The position numbers were made by a program, and so were the translations under genes. A stretch of DNA of 64,000 bases from an uncultured virus (IMG/VR IMGVR_UViG_3300020048_000090) (lineage: Duplodnaviria > Heunggongvirae > Uroviricota > Caudoviricetes), in the IMG/VR virus record IMGVR_UViG_3300020048_000090; one strand, written 5' to 3'. Under the pieces are notes generated by a model that saw nothing but the letters and a program-made list of their open reading frames with translations, had not been told where the DNA came from and made no database searches. Of this stretch, positions 30,501 through 39,751 are shown in pieces. Every line of letters begins with the position of its first letter. Position 1 is the first letter of the stretch.

Positions 30501-33500
30501 GTAATACTCGTGATGGATCTGATCGTGCTGTATTACAAGATCAAATACAAACAGTAGCAAAAACTTATAGTGGTAAAGTTACTCCTGAAACTAAAGAAAG
30601 TACTATTAAAGAATTAACAAAGCAGTTTAAGTGGTTTCGTAATGCTTCACCTGAAGAACGTAATGCTGCTGTTGATAGTTTAATGGCTGTAACAGCCCCT
30701 TCTACAGCTCCAACTACTCCAGTTGCTACTACCTTATTAAATAAAGAAATTAAAAATAACACTGAAGCTGTAGAGTTTATTTATGAAAATAATCCAAAGA
30801 TTAAGTCAGTAGGTACTCTAGTACAATACAAGAGATATTTAAGAAATCTTTTTAAAGACTCTGCATTCAATAAGCTAATATTCCACTATACAGAGTCTGG
30901 GAAAATAGATAAAAGCCTTAAATCTAATAAAGATGAGAATGCTTTATTCTTCTTTGATAATATTAAAAATGCACAGAGTTGGTCTGACTGGACCATACGA
31001 GGAAAAGCTCCTGTAGGCAATATTGTAGTAGCTAAGGCTGATTTAAAGAAAGAAAATACAGAAACCTTAGAAGGAGCTAGTATTGGTGGATTTAGTATCC
31101 CAGGTTTAATAGCGGATAAACTTAAGAATACAGAGTATTCTTCTTTTATCATCAATGATGTGGTTGATATGGGTGTTGAAGGCACACAGGTAGTTATTAA
31201 TGAAGGGGATATTGTTTATTTAGGGTCTAACAGAGATGTAGATTTATTTAAAGAGTGGGCAGCTACTACCCCCTCAACTACACCTGTAGCATCTCAGGAA
31301 GGTACTTCTCATGAGACTACAGAGCCAATAGTAGAAGAAGTAGTTCCTTCTGTATCTGCAAAAGAAGTAATAGATGGGATTAATAAAAAAGCAGAAGATT
31401 CTTTAATCAATTTTATTAAAAAGAATCCTACCTATAAGTTAAAAGATTTGGTTTCTTTAATAAATAACTTATTGGGTAACTTTGCTCCTATTATGAGTAA
31501 AGACTCTATTATTAAGAATACAACAGAATTTGTTAATTCATTAAAAAATGTTATACCTGAAAAACAGTTAGATAATTTTAAAGATGTTCTTAATGAATTA
31601 GAATCCAGTTGGAATATTAAAGTAAATGTTTTTACTAGATTGGCTCAATCATTACGAGGAAATGCTAAAAATTTAGCTATAGGGGCTATTAAACCTTTTG
31701 AAGATTCTTTTACTATTAATAATAACACTATATTTGCTAAATCCAATAAACCTATTAGAGATTCACTTAGTAAAGCTAAATTAGATTCAAGAGTAGCTGC
31801 TTCTTTAATTAAAGAGTTAGAAGATCTAGCTAATAAAATAAAAGAAGGTATATCCAATACTCAAATTAAAACTCTTGCTCAAAATCCTGCATTACATCTA
31901 ACTGATAATTATTTAAATATATTACCAGGAGTAGCAGAAGCTATCTCTATAGCAGCTCATACGTATGTATCTAGCCAAGGTAATTCATTATTATTTAATA
32001 ATATGGATACTCTTAGAATGATGTTTGGTTTTGATAGTAGAGAGAGACTTCCTAATCCTGTATTTGATTATACTTATTCAGGTAAGAGTCTACCTACTGT
32101 AGCTGATCATATTGGTAGAGATGCTTATCAGATGTTAGGTATCAAGACAGAAAGTGAAATAGCTAGAAAGAGAATGATTCAAGCTTTAGGTATTATGGGT
32201 ATTATTGGATTAAATAGCTCTAATTATACTAAGCAGATTAGTGTCCCTTTGGATGATTATTTAGCTAACTTTAAAACAGATCCTTCTGGTGAATCATCTG
32301 TTGATAGAGATAGTGAGAAGGAAGGTGATGAGAGAAATAAGTTGTTTGTTGCACTAGAGTCTAGAGATGATGCTGAGACTGGATTTAAGGTAGCTAATGG
32401 TAAAGCAGAAATTACTATAAATAGATATAGAGAGAATCCAGATATTAGAGTAGCTCTAAAGGATATGTTTGGTGTAGAAAATAGATCAATTAATCCAATT
32501 ATATCTCCAGATGATCCAAGACTAAAACCTTCTAAGTATCTAACGGGTACTCAACAGGAAGTTAACTCTATTGGTGCAGAAGCACTAGAGAAGCTTAACA
32601 GTAGAGCATTTGTATTCAATAAAACAGGTTATGCTAACTTTATTAATCTATATAACGATTCAAAAAGAAAAGATATTCTACTGAAAGAGTTTGGATTTAC
32701 ATTCAACTTAGAGAATGAACCTATATTCTTTAGAAAAGCTCTTAAAGCTAAGAATGATCTTATCTTAAAAGAAATCCAATCTCTTATTGACTATAAAGCA
32801 GCTTTAGATGCTACTGGTAAGGAAGAATTCTTTATACCACATTCTCTTACTAAGTTTGGTAGGGTTATGCTTGATGGTAGGTCTGGGATTAATCCAAGAG
32901 AATCTAAGATACTTAGGTTCTTGGTTAACTTAACTAACTTTAACTGGAAGCTTGACCAAACAATACCAGAGCATATGTTTAACTTTAAACATGCTGTTAT
33001 GGGTAACTTTGGTAATGAAGTAAGTAAAACTACTAAAGGAGAGGTAGAAACTGGATTTGATGATTTAGTTGCAGAGATAGAAGAGCTAGGATTGGAAGAG
33101 ACAGATGCTAATGACATATTAGATTTAGTTGTACGTAAAAAGACAGATCATCCTACTGAAGCTATGAATGCTATTATTAATGTAATTAGATATATTAAAT
33201 CTAAAGGTAAAGCATTTGATGTAGTTATCTCTCTAGAAGTAGATGGTAAAACTAACGGTATGGCTTGGGCTTATCTACAATCTGGTGGTCAATTAGATCC
33301 TGATTTACTTACAGCAATGGGTTTGTTTACTAAACCTAATCAGACTGAATTTGTTGATGAGATGGCTAAAGATGGTATGAATGATACCTATCAAAGTGTA
33401 GCTATTGTTTGGGGACAGTTTCTAGATATAGTAACTGCTGGTTGGGGTAAGGAAGCTTCAGCATACTTTGCAGCACAACAAGCTTATCTAGGTAGCTTCT

Positions 33501-35515
33501 TTAAACCAGATACTCGTGAGGTATCTAAAGCAGGTAGAGAATTATCCAAATATCCATTTATGAAGATGATGTTTGGTCAAGGTATCAATGCTATGGTAGC
33601 TGATGTGGGTAATAAACTGTTAGAAGGTATCTATAAAGAGTTTGGTGACATTAAGAAAGCTTCTATAGATGGATTAACTACATCAGAACAGATACATCAA
33701 AGATTAGAGATATTGAATGCTAATGTAGCAAGGTTAGCAAGTACAGAGCCAAGTGCTATAAACTTTACTGTAACTGATATGGATTACAGATTGGATCCAT
33801 CTTTAGAAGAAATGATTATTAGAAGTGTTACTACTACTTATGGTGAAGCATTAAAATCAACTATTGAACATATGTTTGGTGGTTTTATGAAGTATAGAGA
33901 AGCTATCAATACAGCTATGAATATCTTAGGTGATCTGTTTATTCAGAAGCTTAATCTAGTTAAAGCTGCTCATATAGAAAAGACAGGTAAAACTTTAACT
34001 GATCAAGAGATAATGGATCTAATATATGATACAGAAGGTGAATTGTATAAATTATTACCTGCTTTCCTAACTCCTAATGCTTCTAAGATTGAAGAAGGAT
34101 TATTTGCTGTTAAGATGTTTAAACAGATTAGTCCTGAAGATAAAGTACAGGTAACTGTTAAGTCTGGTAGTATCCAAAACTATAATCTAGACGGTACTCC
34201 TCAAAAAAATAAGACTAGTTCAGTTACTGGTGGTATCAAACAGTTAACCTTTAGAGAGGGTGGATTGATGTCATTTGTTGGTGGTACACATTCACAAGAT
34301 GCAGCACAAGCACAACGTATACTAAGAGAATTTGAGTCTTTAGGTGTGCATGATGCATTCTATTTTAGTATCCCAGATTTAACTAAAGGTTCTTATAGAC
34401 TTAATGAAATGTTTGGTGAGATGCAGAAGTCATATAGTATGGCTAAAGCTGTGCTAGATAGGTTTAATGAGGTTTATGAGATTGCAGGTAGTGGTTCTAA
34501 ATTAGCAAAGTTAGGTATTGTAGGTGTGGGTGCTAATCGTTTAAAAGATAGATTTATAGCATTTAAAAGAGGAGTAGATGGAAAAGATCCACTATACTCA
34601 GCAATAGAGTTAGCTGTTAATACTACCCCAGATAATGTAAAGAAAGTACTTATGATACAACAGTTTCCTTTCTTAGGTTCTGCAGCAGCTACAGTACAAG
34701 TAGAAGATATGGTTTGGGATACAGATTTTACTTCTACTGGGCCAAGTAAAACAGAAGAAACAAAACCTACCATAACTCCAAAGAGTAGATATAAGGGTGG
34801 TTTTGATTCTTCAGGTAAAGGTACTCCAGATGGTGATGGTAAAGATAAAGCTATGCGTGAGGTTGCTGATGCCTTTATAGGTGAGATTTCTGGTATATTT
34901 AAAGGACGTGGTGAGGGATTTCAGGGTAGTTTTTATAAACAAAAATTTAATAAAGCTACTAGTACATATACAAGCCTTATGGCTATTTTGGATAAAACAA
35001 AAGAACCTGGTCTTACAACTTGGGATACTGATGGTGATATGGAGGCTGTTATTACAGGAGCCTTTGTATTAGATAATCCTAAAGTTGTAATGCTTGCTAG
35101 AAATAAAGAAACTGGACGTTGGGATATAGGTAAATTAACTAAACAGCTTATTAAAGATGCACATGATAAAGGTGCTATCTTTGTAGTTGGTGATATGCCT
35201 AATGTAGATTCACAATTCATTGATTACTTACAAGAAATAGGTGCTTCTTTTACTGTTTACCATACTGGATCTAATTCTAGAATCCAAGTAGAAGAAACAA
35301 AACCTGTAGTAGATTCAGTTGTAGTGTCTGAACAAGCTGAAGCTGTTGATTCAATATTAACTGATACTGCTAAATATCTTAAACTAAAAATTGAGAGTAT
35401 AGATTTTATGATGACTACTAAAGAAGAAGATGTTTTTATAAAAGAATTCTTTGAGAAGTATAGCCAAGCAGATATAGCAAAAGCTAAACAAACACTTAAT
35501 TGTCAAGGAAAATAA
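27560..35515 (+). CDS. virion RNA polymerase (N4 gp50-like), N-terminal and polymerase portion, with inserted domains
   Basis: Single-subunit RNAP motifs: TKFGR (T/DxxGR), EVDGKTNG (A), RELSKYPFMKMMFG (B), GVHDAF (C); 2651 aa, one Cys. Confidence 0.92.
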   Translation: MAYEPILPSATAAFDPNVLNPYSGFTTEWALRDPVKEKVDSLNAAKAEKEELFRKQKEERAAKYFMSDANAQSGLGGVVNTVGGFFGTAARVGGNILGVPELVAESVKPAVDFMSQYIPESVKDAYGAVDEALTIRSDNKTAKDLTKVFRDPTGLVSDFGKFIGDSWEGYYNPVNVEELQADFSKDFDTNEGVLRVAGALAKTAATNPVKGAELFVTNFPYMYAAAQKGIPGAAAFLGMVNEFNNESLEKYKETHDGQLPDAKAQAVMLGTGVAAAATEKVASMFQLGKIGGPNIAPKVLSVPTRYATGGVSEFGQEGTQTALTNIGGYQEQLLEDPDLVDKTIKKSVVAGAMGMASSSVGSAGIKAMQPIDEQAKRAIGAIKAFQKTPEYQGLGTTKEPAGAAYTAFASTVADTAIAPEAKQAAFNNALAAIVSNPDHPNIKIIAGRLKDTATKAGITIPESVNTLLTDIALVKPSKAATFYRDTRNAFLDKQLSEKNIEENPTAAVNRLKVSKFKSTNIKEYNVELEEIRSITNNLISSVGQQVKNGTISKEDGYKLNETIATISDGFLTHGQNLLKKNKAEVIQEVATAKVEDKDDIKLGSNIDGLISLLTAKEGKLTTEEIEQVLNSPVLTEHQRRVFTNFKNVNMEEVNTHLFQGGMNANKEEFKGFNEYLREIEKAKLTNDQVKLDESVKDLENWSNRYMTNRTNVIKAYEGLGVGKEVTVPNLSNGEFWLKQGVSKNFVNNLKKEVQAFALGLDQAYLIAGRENPSIEASQTTQNEITTATPSTTIPPASTAPIEASNDIFKKYGWNKTEGKSEYTKGNLSIHKKNTDNKVHIGVVGIKNDVLDKLTFDTSAEALDATRFLEIEEGIIIEGKLYGFGEMDGIVANYLSEDSLNRAALVFNRAQAPSDYWNEFESLGLEITEDNTLVDTNTREVIATRGPKQTPTITTSSVSFIEPSVDSFIKIFDTDTTYDKWSNTRDGSDRAVLQDQIQTVAKTYSGKVTPETKESTIKELTKQFKWFRNASPEERNAAVDSLMAVTAPSTAPTTPVATTLLNKEIKNNTEAVEFIYENNPKIKSVGTLVQYKRYLRNLFKDSAFNKLIFHYTESGKIDKSLKSNKDENALFFFDNIKNAQSWSDWTIRGKAPVGNIVVAKADLKKENTETLEGASIGGFSIPGLIADKLKNTEYSSFIINDVVDMGVEGTQVVINEGDIVYLGSNRDVDLFKEWAATTPSTTPVASQEGTSHETTEPIVEEVVPSVSAKEVIDGINKKAEDSLINFIKKNPTYKLKDLVSLINNLLGNFAPIMSKDSIIKNTTEFVNSLKNVIPEKQLDNFKDVLNELESSWNIKVNVFTRLAQSLRGNAKNLAIGAIKPFEDSFTINNNTIFAKSNKPIRDSLSKAKLDSRVAASLIKELEDLANKIKEGISNTQIKTLAQNPALHLTDNYLNILPGVAEAISIAAHTYVSSQGNSLLFNNMDTLRMMFGFDSRERLPNPVFDYTYSGKSLPTVADHIGRDAYQMLGIKTESEIARKRMIQALGIMGIIGLNSSNYTKQISVPLDDYLANFKTDPSGESSVDRDSEKEGDERNKLFVALESRDDAETGFKVANGKAEITINRYRENPDIRVALKDMFGVENRSINPIISPDDPRLKPSKYLTGTQQEVNSIGAEALEKLNSRAFVFNKTGYANFINLYNDSKRKDILLKEFGFTFNLENEPIFFRKALKAKNDLILKEIQSLIDYKAALDATGKEEFFIPHSLTKFGRVMLDGRSGINPRESKILRFLVNLTNFNWKLDQTIPEHMFNFKHAVMGNFGNEVSKTTKGEVETGFDDLVAEIEELGLEETDANDILDLVVRKKTDHPTEAMNAIINVIRYIKSKGKAFDVVISLEVDGKTNGMAWAYLQSGGQLDPDLLTAMGLFTKPNQTEFVDEMAKDGMNDTYQSVAIVWGQFLDIVTAGWGKEASAYFAAQQAYLGSFFKPDTREVSKAGRELSKYPFMKMMFGQGINAMVADVGNKLLEGIYKEFGDIKKASIDGLTTSEQIHQRLEILNANVARLASTEPSAINFTVTDMDYRLDPSLEEMIIRSVTTTYGEALKSTIEHMFGGFMKYREAINTAMNILGDLFIQKLNLVKAAHIEKTGKTLTDQEIMDLIYDTEGELYKLLPAFLTPNASKIEEGLFAVKMFKQISPEDKVQVTVKSGSIQNYNLDGTPQKNKTSSVTGGIKQLTFREGGLMSFVGGTHSQDAAQAQRILREFESLGVHDAFYFSIPDLTKGSYRLNEMFGEMQKSYSMAKAVLDRFNEVYEIAGSGSKLAKLGIVGVGANRLKDRFIAFKRGVDGKDPLYSAIELAVNTTPDNVKKVLMIQQFPFLGSAAATVQVEDMVWDTDFTSTGPSKTEETKPTITPKSRYKGGFDSSGKGTPDGDGKDKAMREVADAFIGEISGIFKGRGEGFQGSFYKQKFNKATSTYTSLMAILDKTKEPGLTTWDTDGDMEAVITGAFVLDNPKVVMLARNKETGRWDIGKLTKQLIKDAHDKGAIFVVGDMPNVDSQFIDYLQEIGASFTVYHTGSNSRIQVEETKPVVDSVVVSEQAEAVDSILTDTAKYLKLKIESIDFMMTTKEEDVFIKEFFEKYSQADIAKAKQTLNCQGK

Positions 35516-35517
35516 TA

Positions 35518-38500
35518 ATGGCTAAATCATGTGGTGTATTGGATCCAAGAATAACCAGATTATTAAATGAGACTGCTAAGACTCTCAAGGAGTCTGGTAT
35601 GTCTACAGAACAGGCTAGAGAAGCTGCTAGAGAGAAGGTAATCCAAGGATTGACTAATGCACTAGAGCAATCAGATACTCTTGGATCATCACCTATTCCT
35701 AAACAGCAAGCTACTATTACTGAAAAGTACTCTGAACCTTTAACAGGTAACATAGATAGATTGTTTAAAGGTCTAGCTAAGGAAGGTAATAAGACTGATT
35801 CACCAAGTCATTCAGCTACTCTGCAAGGTGTTATGGATAACGTCATATACAAGGTTATGCATCACCTAGATGGCTTTATTTTGAAGGTAGCTGAAGGTGG
35901 GCATACTACCTATGGATCATTCAAGAAGAACGCTAAAACCATATCTATAGTGTCTGGAATCAAGCCAATATTGAATGCTATCCAAATGTCTGCTCAAGAG
36001 GTTATGGCTCATGAGGTAGTACATGCTGTGACTGCTGTAGCCCTCAAGGAAGGACCTTTCAGACTAAAGAGAGCATCTAGGTATCTCTTTAATCTAGCTA
36101 AGGCTAATATCAAGCCTGAAGACCTTATGCAGGGTATTGCTCCTGGTTCTACTATAGAAGCTGAGAGAGCTGCTGCTAAAGAGAGATGGGAATACATCTT
36201 TAATAGAGATGAAGGTATCTATGAATTTGTAGCTTTTGCTAATACAAATGAAAAGATCATTGAACTATTAAAGAAGATTCCACTTAAGACTAAGGTTACT
36301 AATGCAACCACATTGTTTGGTGGATTTACTAATCTATTAGCTGCTATTGTAGACTTTGTTACTCTTAAAACATATAACATTAAAGGTGATACAGTAGATC
36401 AAGCATTACACAATCTAACTCTAGAATTAGCTGGTATTAAGCAGAAGAATCTTAATATGCTTACTCTAACCAGCAATAGCTTAGAAGCTGGTAGGTATGT
36501 AGTTACTAAACCAGTAAATATGATATTAGATGGATTGGTTAAGTATGCTCAATATAAACGTACTCCTGATAGTCATTTCAAGAATGCTATTATGGCTGTA
36601 AAGAGCTTACAGATACTTAATCCAATAGTAGATTTTGGTAGTGCTCTAAGTAGAGCTACAGGTAGTATTATCAAACACAGAGATAGCTTTATCATGAATC
36701 TAGTGACTAAGCTTCCTCAAGAGCTTGTTGGTATGACTGATGAGAATAAAGCTTGGTATAAGCTGTTAACTTGGTCTAAACAGGTTATTGATACCTCTAG
36801 GCATAGACAGAAAGAATCTGTGCTTATAGAGCTAAGAGACTCTTGGGTAGCTTCTGTAAATGATGATGTTAAGAGAGCTTTATATTCAACCTTACTAACT
36901 ACAGATTTAGATGATATAGCTGTATTTGATGATAAAGCTAATGTAGTTAATACAGATGAGCTTATTAAGCTTATGGAAGATGATAAATCACTATCTACTG
37001 CTATAGACAAAGAAATAGCTGAATTAAATAAAGTAATGGGAGATAAAGTAAGCTTAGGTATTATTAAACAAACTAAAGGTTTAAGTATGCTTATGGTTAG
37101 AAAACAAACCTTTAATAAGCTTAATCAGATGTTATCTGCTCATAATATTGCTAAAGGATTATATGATCCTAACTATGTAAAGACTGGTAAAGAAGAACAA
37201 GCTTTACCGATAGTTACAAGATTAAAGACACTATATGCTCTTCAATATACTAATAAAGTACATAGAGAAGCTACTGCTAAGGTTATGAAGAAAGAGTTTA
37301 CTAATGCTAATGTTAATGGAATTAAAGCTATTCTTCACTTAAAGGGAGTATTCAAGAGAGATTCTATTGGTATGTTATTTGATAATAATCCGTTGAGTAT
37401 GACTGATGGATATACTGCTGATGTATTTGATCCAAATGTGATGGTAGAGTTTAGCTCTAAGCCTAATGACAAAGAGATTATAGATCGTGGATTTGAGATG
37501 ATTCCTGATCCATTACCTAAAGATAAGAATGATCCAAATAGAATAAGACAATATATGTATGTCTCTAATCATAATGGATTAGTTACTCATCAAAAGTCTA
37601 TTGTCGGTATGACCTCTAAACAAGCTATGGGTACTGATTTAGCGGATATCTATAGAAGGGATGATGACACTGTAGCTGCTTACAGAAGAGCCAATGATGA
37701 TACCTTTAAGATGCGTAAATCAATAGATCCAAAGGATATCTATACTGCTTCTATTAATGAAGAAGATACAACCTCTCTTATTCCTACCATAAGTACTGAA
37801 ACTGGTAAGATCATTGGTTATAGATACATTATGAGTGAAGCTAATCGTATTAAATGGTTAAAGAAAGATACTAGAGTAGATAAAGTATTAGCTACTATGT
37901 TTGAAAGGATGACTGATAAAACCAATACACCTATAGTTAATGATGCTGTAGTACTAGAATTACAGAGAGAAGCTAAAGAAATATATCCTATAAGACCCGG
38001 ACAGTTTATTACTATAACCAAAGATCATCCTGATTATGGTGAGTTGTATAGATTGATTCCTGAGGATATGAAGAGACAGTTAGATGGGGTATTTGGTTCA
38101 GGTAAGCTAGTAGTAAGAGAACCAATGATAGATATTATATTTGGTTATAGAAAGTATTCTGTTTCTACTGATGCTATCAATAGTTATTTAGTAAAATCTA
38201 TTGTTGGTATTTACAAGATTGCTGGATCAAGTAAAGGTAAAGCTGTTACCCATTTGAGAATGGTAGAACAAGGTTGGGAAGAGATTATAGGTGAATTAAA
38301 AAATACAATTGTATTAAAGACATTTGTATTACCTTTTAATATCTTATCTAACCTTAATATTTCTTTTATGCATGGAATGCCATTAGAGTACATTTCACGT
38401 AAACAAGGTGAAGCTATTATAGCTATTGAATCTTATACTAATGATATTAGAAATAAGACTATTCTAGAGAGACAGATTAAAGCTGCTGGTTTGGGTAAGG

Positions 38501-39195
38501 ATAAGAAAGATGAATTACAAGGTAAGCTTAATCAGCTTAATTTTGATATTGATAATAATCCAGTTAAACCACTTGTAGATAAAGGTTTATTGTCTAGCAT
38601 TGTGGAAGATATCAATTTAGATATGGATTCAGGTTATAGATCATCTATAGCTGAATGGGTTGAAAAGAAGACTGCTAAGGTTCCTGAAGGTGTCAAGAAC
38701 ACTTATAAATGGGCTTATCTAACAAGAAGTACAGAAGGATACAAGTTCTTAGAAAAGACCACTAGATACTCTGATTTTGTAGCTAGATATGCTATGTATA
38801 ACTGGTATCTAGAGAAGGGTGGTTATGCTGCTATAACTGATCCAAAGGCTAAAGCAAAGGTAGAAGAGAATGCATTAAAGATCATTATAGAGACATTTGT
38901 TAACTATGATGTTCCTACCAGTAGAGAGCTTCAATATCTGAATGATATTGGATTAGCAATGTTTACTAAATATGCTTTACGTATTCAGAAGTCTTTATTC
39001 TTACTGATCCAAGCTAGACCAGATAGTGTTATAGCTAAATATGCTTTAGAGCATTATATGGGTAATGCTGTAGAACCATTTGATAGTCTTGGATTACCTT
39101 GGCTTAATAATCCTTTAAATGATTTTGGAGTTATGGCAGTACCTGGAGCTGCATTAGCTTGGGGAGTAGTAGCTGCTATTATTCCGGGATTGTAA
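35518..39195 (+). CDS. vRNAP C-terminal domain encoded as separate gene (zincin-like HExxH)
   Basis: ATG at 35518 with AAGGA SD; HEVVH...EFVAFANTN; C-terminal YSDFVARY...FVNYD...GLAMF resembling the N4 vRNAP C-terminus. Confidence 0.8.
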   Translation: MAKSCGVLDPRITRLLNETAKTLKESGMSTEQAREAAREKVIQGLTNALEQSDTLGSSPIPKQQATITEKYSEPLTGNIDRLFKGLAKEGNKTDSPSHSATLQGVMDNVIYKVMHHLDGFILKVAEGGHTTYGSFKKNAKTISIVSGIKPILNAIQMSAQEVMAHEVVHAVTAVALKEGPFRLKRASRYLFNLAKANIKPEDLMQGIAPGSTIEAERAAAKERWEYIFNRDEGIYEFVAFANTNEKIIELLKKIPLKTKVTNATTLFGGFTNLLAAIVDFVTLKTYNIKGDTVDQALHNLTLELAGIKQKNLNMLTLTSNSLEAGRYVVTKPVNMILDGLVKYAQYKRTPDSHFKNAIMAVKSLQILNPIVDFGSALSRATGSIIKHRDSFIMNLVTKLPQELVGMTDENKAWYKLLTWSKQVIDTSRHRQKESVLIELRDSWVASVNDDVKRALYSTLLTTDLDDIAVFDDKANVVNTDELIKLMEDDKSLSTAIDKEIAELNKVMGDKVSLGIIKQTKGLSMLMVRKQTFNKLNQMLSAHNIAKGLYDPNYVKTGKEEQALPIVTRLKTLYALQYTNKVHREATAKVMKKEFTNANVNGIKAILHLKGVFKRDSIGMLFDNNPLSMTDGYTADVFDPNVMVEFSSKPNDKEIIDRGFEMIPDPLPKDKNDPNRIRQYMYVSNHNGLVTHQKSIVGMTSKQAMGTDLADIYRRDDDTVAAYRRANDDTFKMRKSIDPKDIYTASINEEDTTSLIPTISTETGKIIGYRYIMSEANRIKWLKKDTRVDKVLATMFERMTDKTNTPIVNDAVVLELQREAKEIYPIRPGQFITITKDHPDYGELYRLIPEDMKRQLDGVFGSGKLVVREPMIDIIFGYRKYSVSTDAINSYLVKSIVGIYKIAGSSKGKAVTHLRMVEQGWEEIIGELKNTIVLKTFVLPFNILSNLNISFMHGMPLEYISRKQGEAIIAIESYTNDIRNKTILERQIKAAGLGKDKKDELQGKLNQLNFDIDNNPVKPLVDKGLLSSIVEDINLDMDSGYRSSIAEWVEKKTAKVPEGVKNTYKWAYLTRSTEGYKFLEKTTRYSDFVARYAMYNWYLEKGGYAAITDPKAKAKVEENALKIIIETFVNYDVPTSRELQYLNDIGLAMFTKYALRIQKSLFLLIQARPDSVIAKYALEHYMGNAVEPFDSLGLPWLNNPLNDFGVMAVPGAALAWGVVAAIIPGL

Positions 39196-39198
39196 TGG

Positions 39199-39222
39199 AT
39201 ATAGGGGATTTCTCCCCTATAT
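39199..39222. terminator. bidirectional terminator between convergent arms
   Basis: ATATAGGGGA-TTTC-TCCCCTATAT perfect 10-bp hairpin at the convergence point. Confidence 0.8.
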
Positions 39223-39374
39223 TATTCTTTATTACTCTCTCTATAATCTTTGACTAATAAGTATGTCCCTAGCACGAATGCTATGGATATACCTGCTAAT
39301 AATACAAATGGGAGTATTACTAATATTGATACTACTAATATCAATACTCCTATTGTTATTAGTATATTAGTCAT
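39222..39374 (-). CDS. 50-aa membrane protein (not in ORF track)
   Basis: MTNILITIGVLILVVSILVILPFVLLAGISIAFVLGTYLLVKDYRESNKE; last gene of the - arm. Confidence 0.6.
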   Translation of the reverse strand: MTNILITIGVLILVVSILVILPFVLLAGISIAFVLGTYLLVKDYRESNKE

Positions 39375-39376
39375 GG

Positions 39377-39751
39377 CTAAAAAAGTTTTTTGAAGGGTGA
39401 TTGAGTTGTAGGCGCAGGTTCTGGTTTATCTACATTTAATCCATAAATCTTACCTTCTGGTGGTTCAATTTCAGGGATATTAGAAAGGAATTCTTTAATA
39501 TCTTCCTTTACTTCTTCTGGGATAATCTCATCCACAAGCTCAGTAAATGGAAGCTCTAACTGTGTTGGTACAGATAGGTCATTCTGAGTTGTAATGACGA
39601 CTCTAGTGCCCTTATCACCCTTCCTAGAGGTCTTAAATTGCATTGATTCAATAGGCTTAGATGTTAAGTCTCTTGATGCACAATACTCTTTAATTGCTGT
39701 TCTTACATTTTCATTAGTTAGTTCAAATATCATTTGTACTCTCAATTTCAA
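39377..39751 (-). CDS. hypothetical protein (conserved position in N4-like phages)
   Basis: 124-aa ORF with acidic/Pro-rich tail ending PFKKLF. Confidence 0.55.
   Translation of the reverse strand: MKLRVQMIFELTNENVRTAIKEYCASRDLTSKPIESMQFKTSRKGDKGTRVVITTQNDLSVPTQLELPFTELVDEIIPEEVKEDIKEFLSNIPEIEPPEGKIYGLNVDKPEPAPTTQSPFKKLF

Noticed and set aside
35490..35520. Sequencing frameshift or programmed frameshift joining the two vRNAP ORFs
   Set aside because: Clean stop followed by SD-preceded ATG, no canonical slippery heptamer. Not fully excluded without reads.
13230..38393. Antisense ORFs in the track (e.g. 13230-13682, 17419-17949, 27013-27348, 32791-33117)
   Set aside because: Shadow ORFs opposite well-supported genes; no motifs or RBS support.
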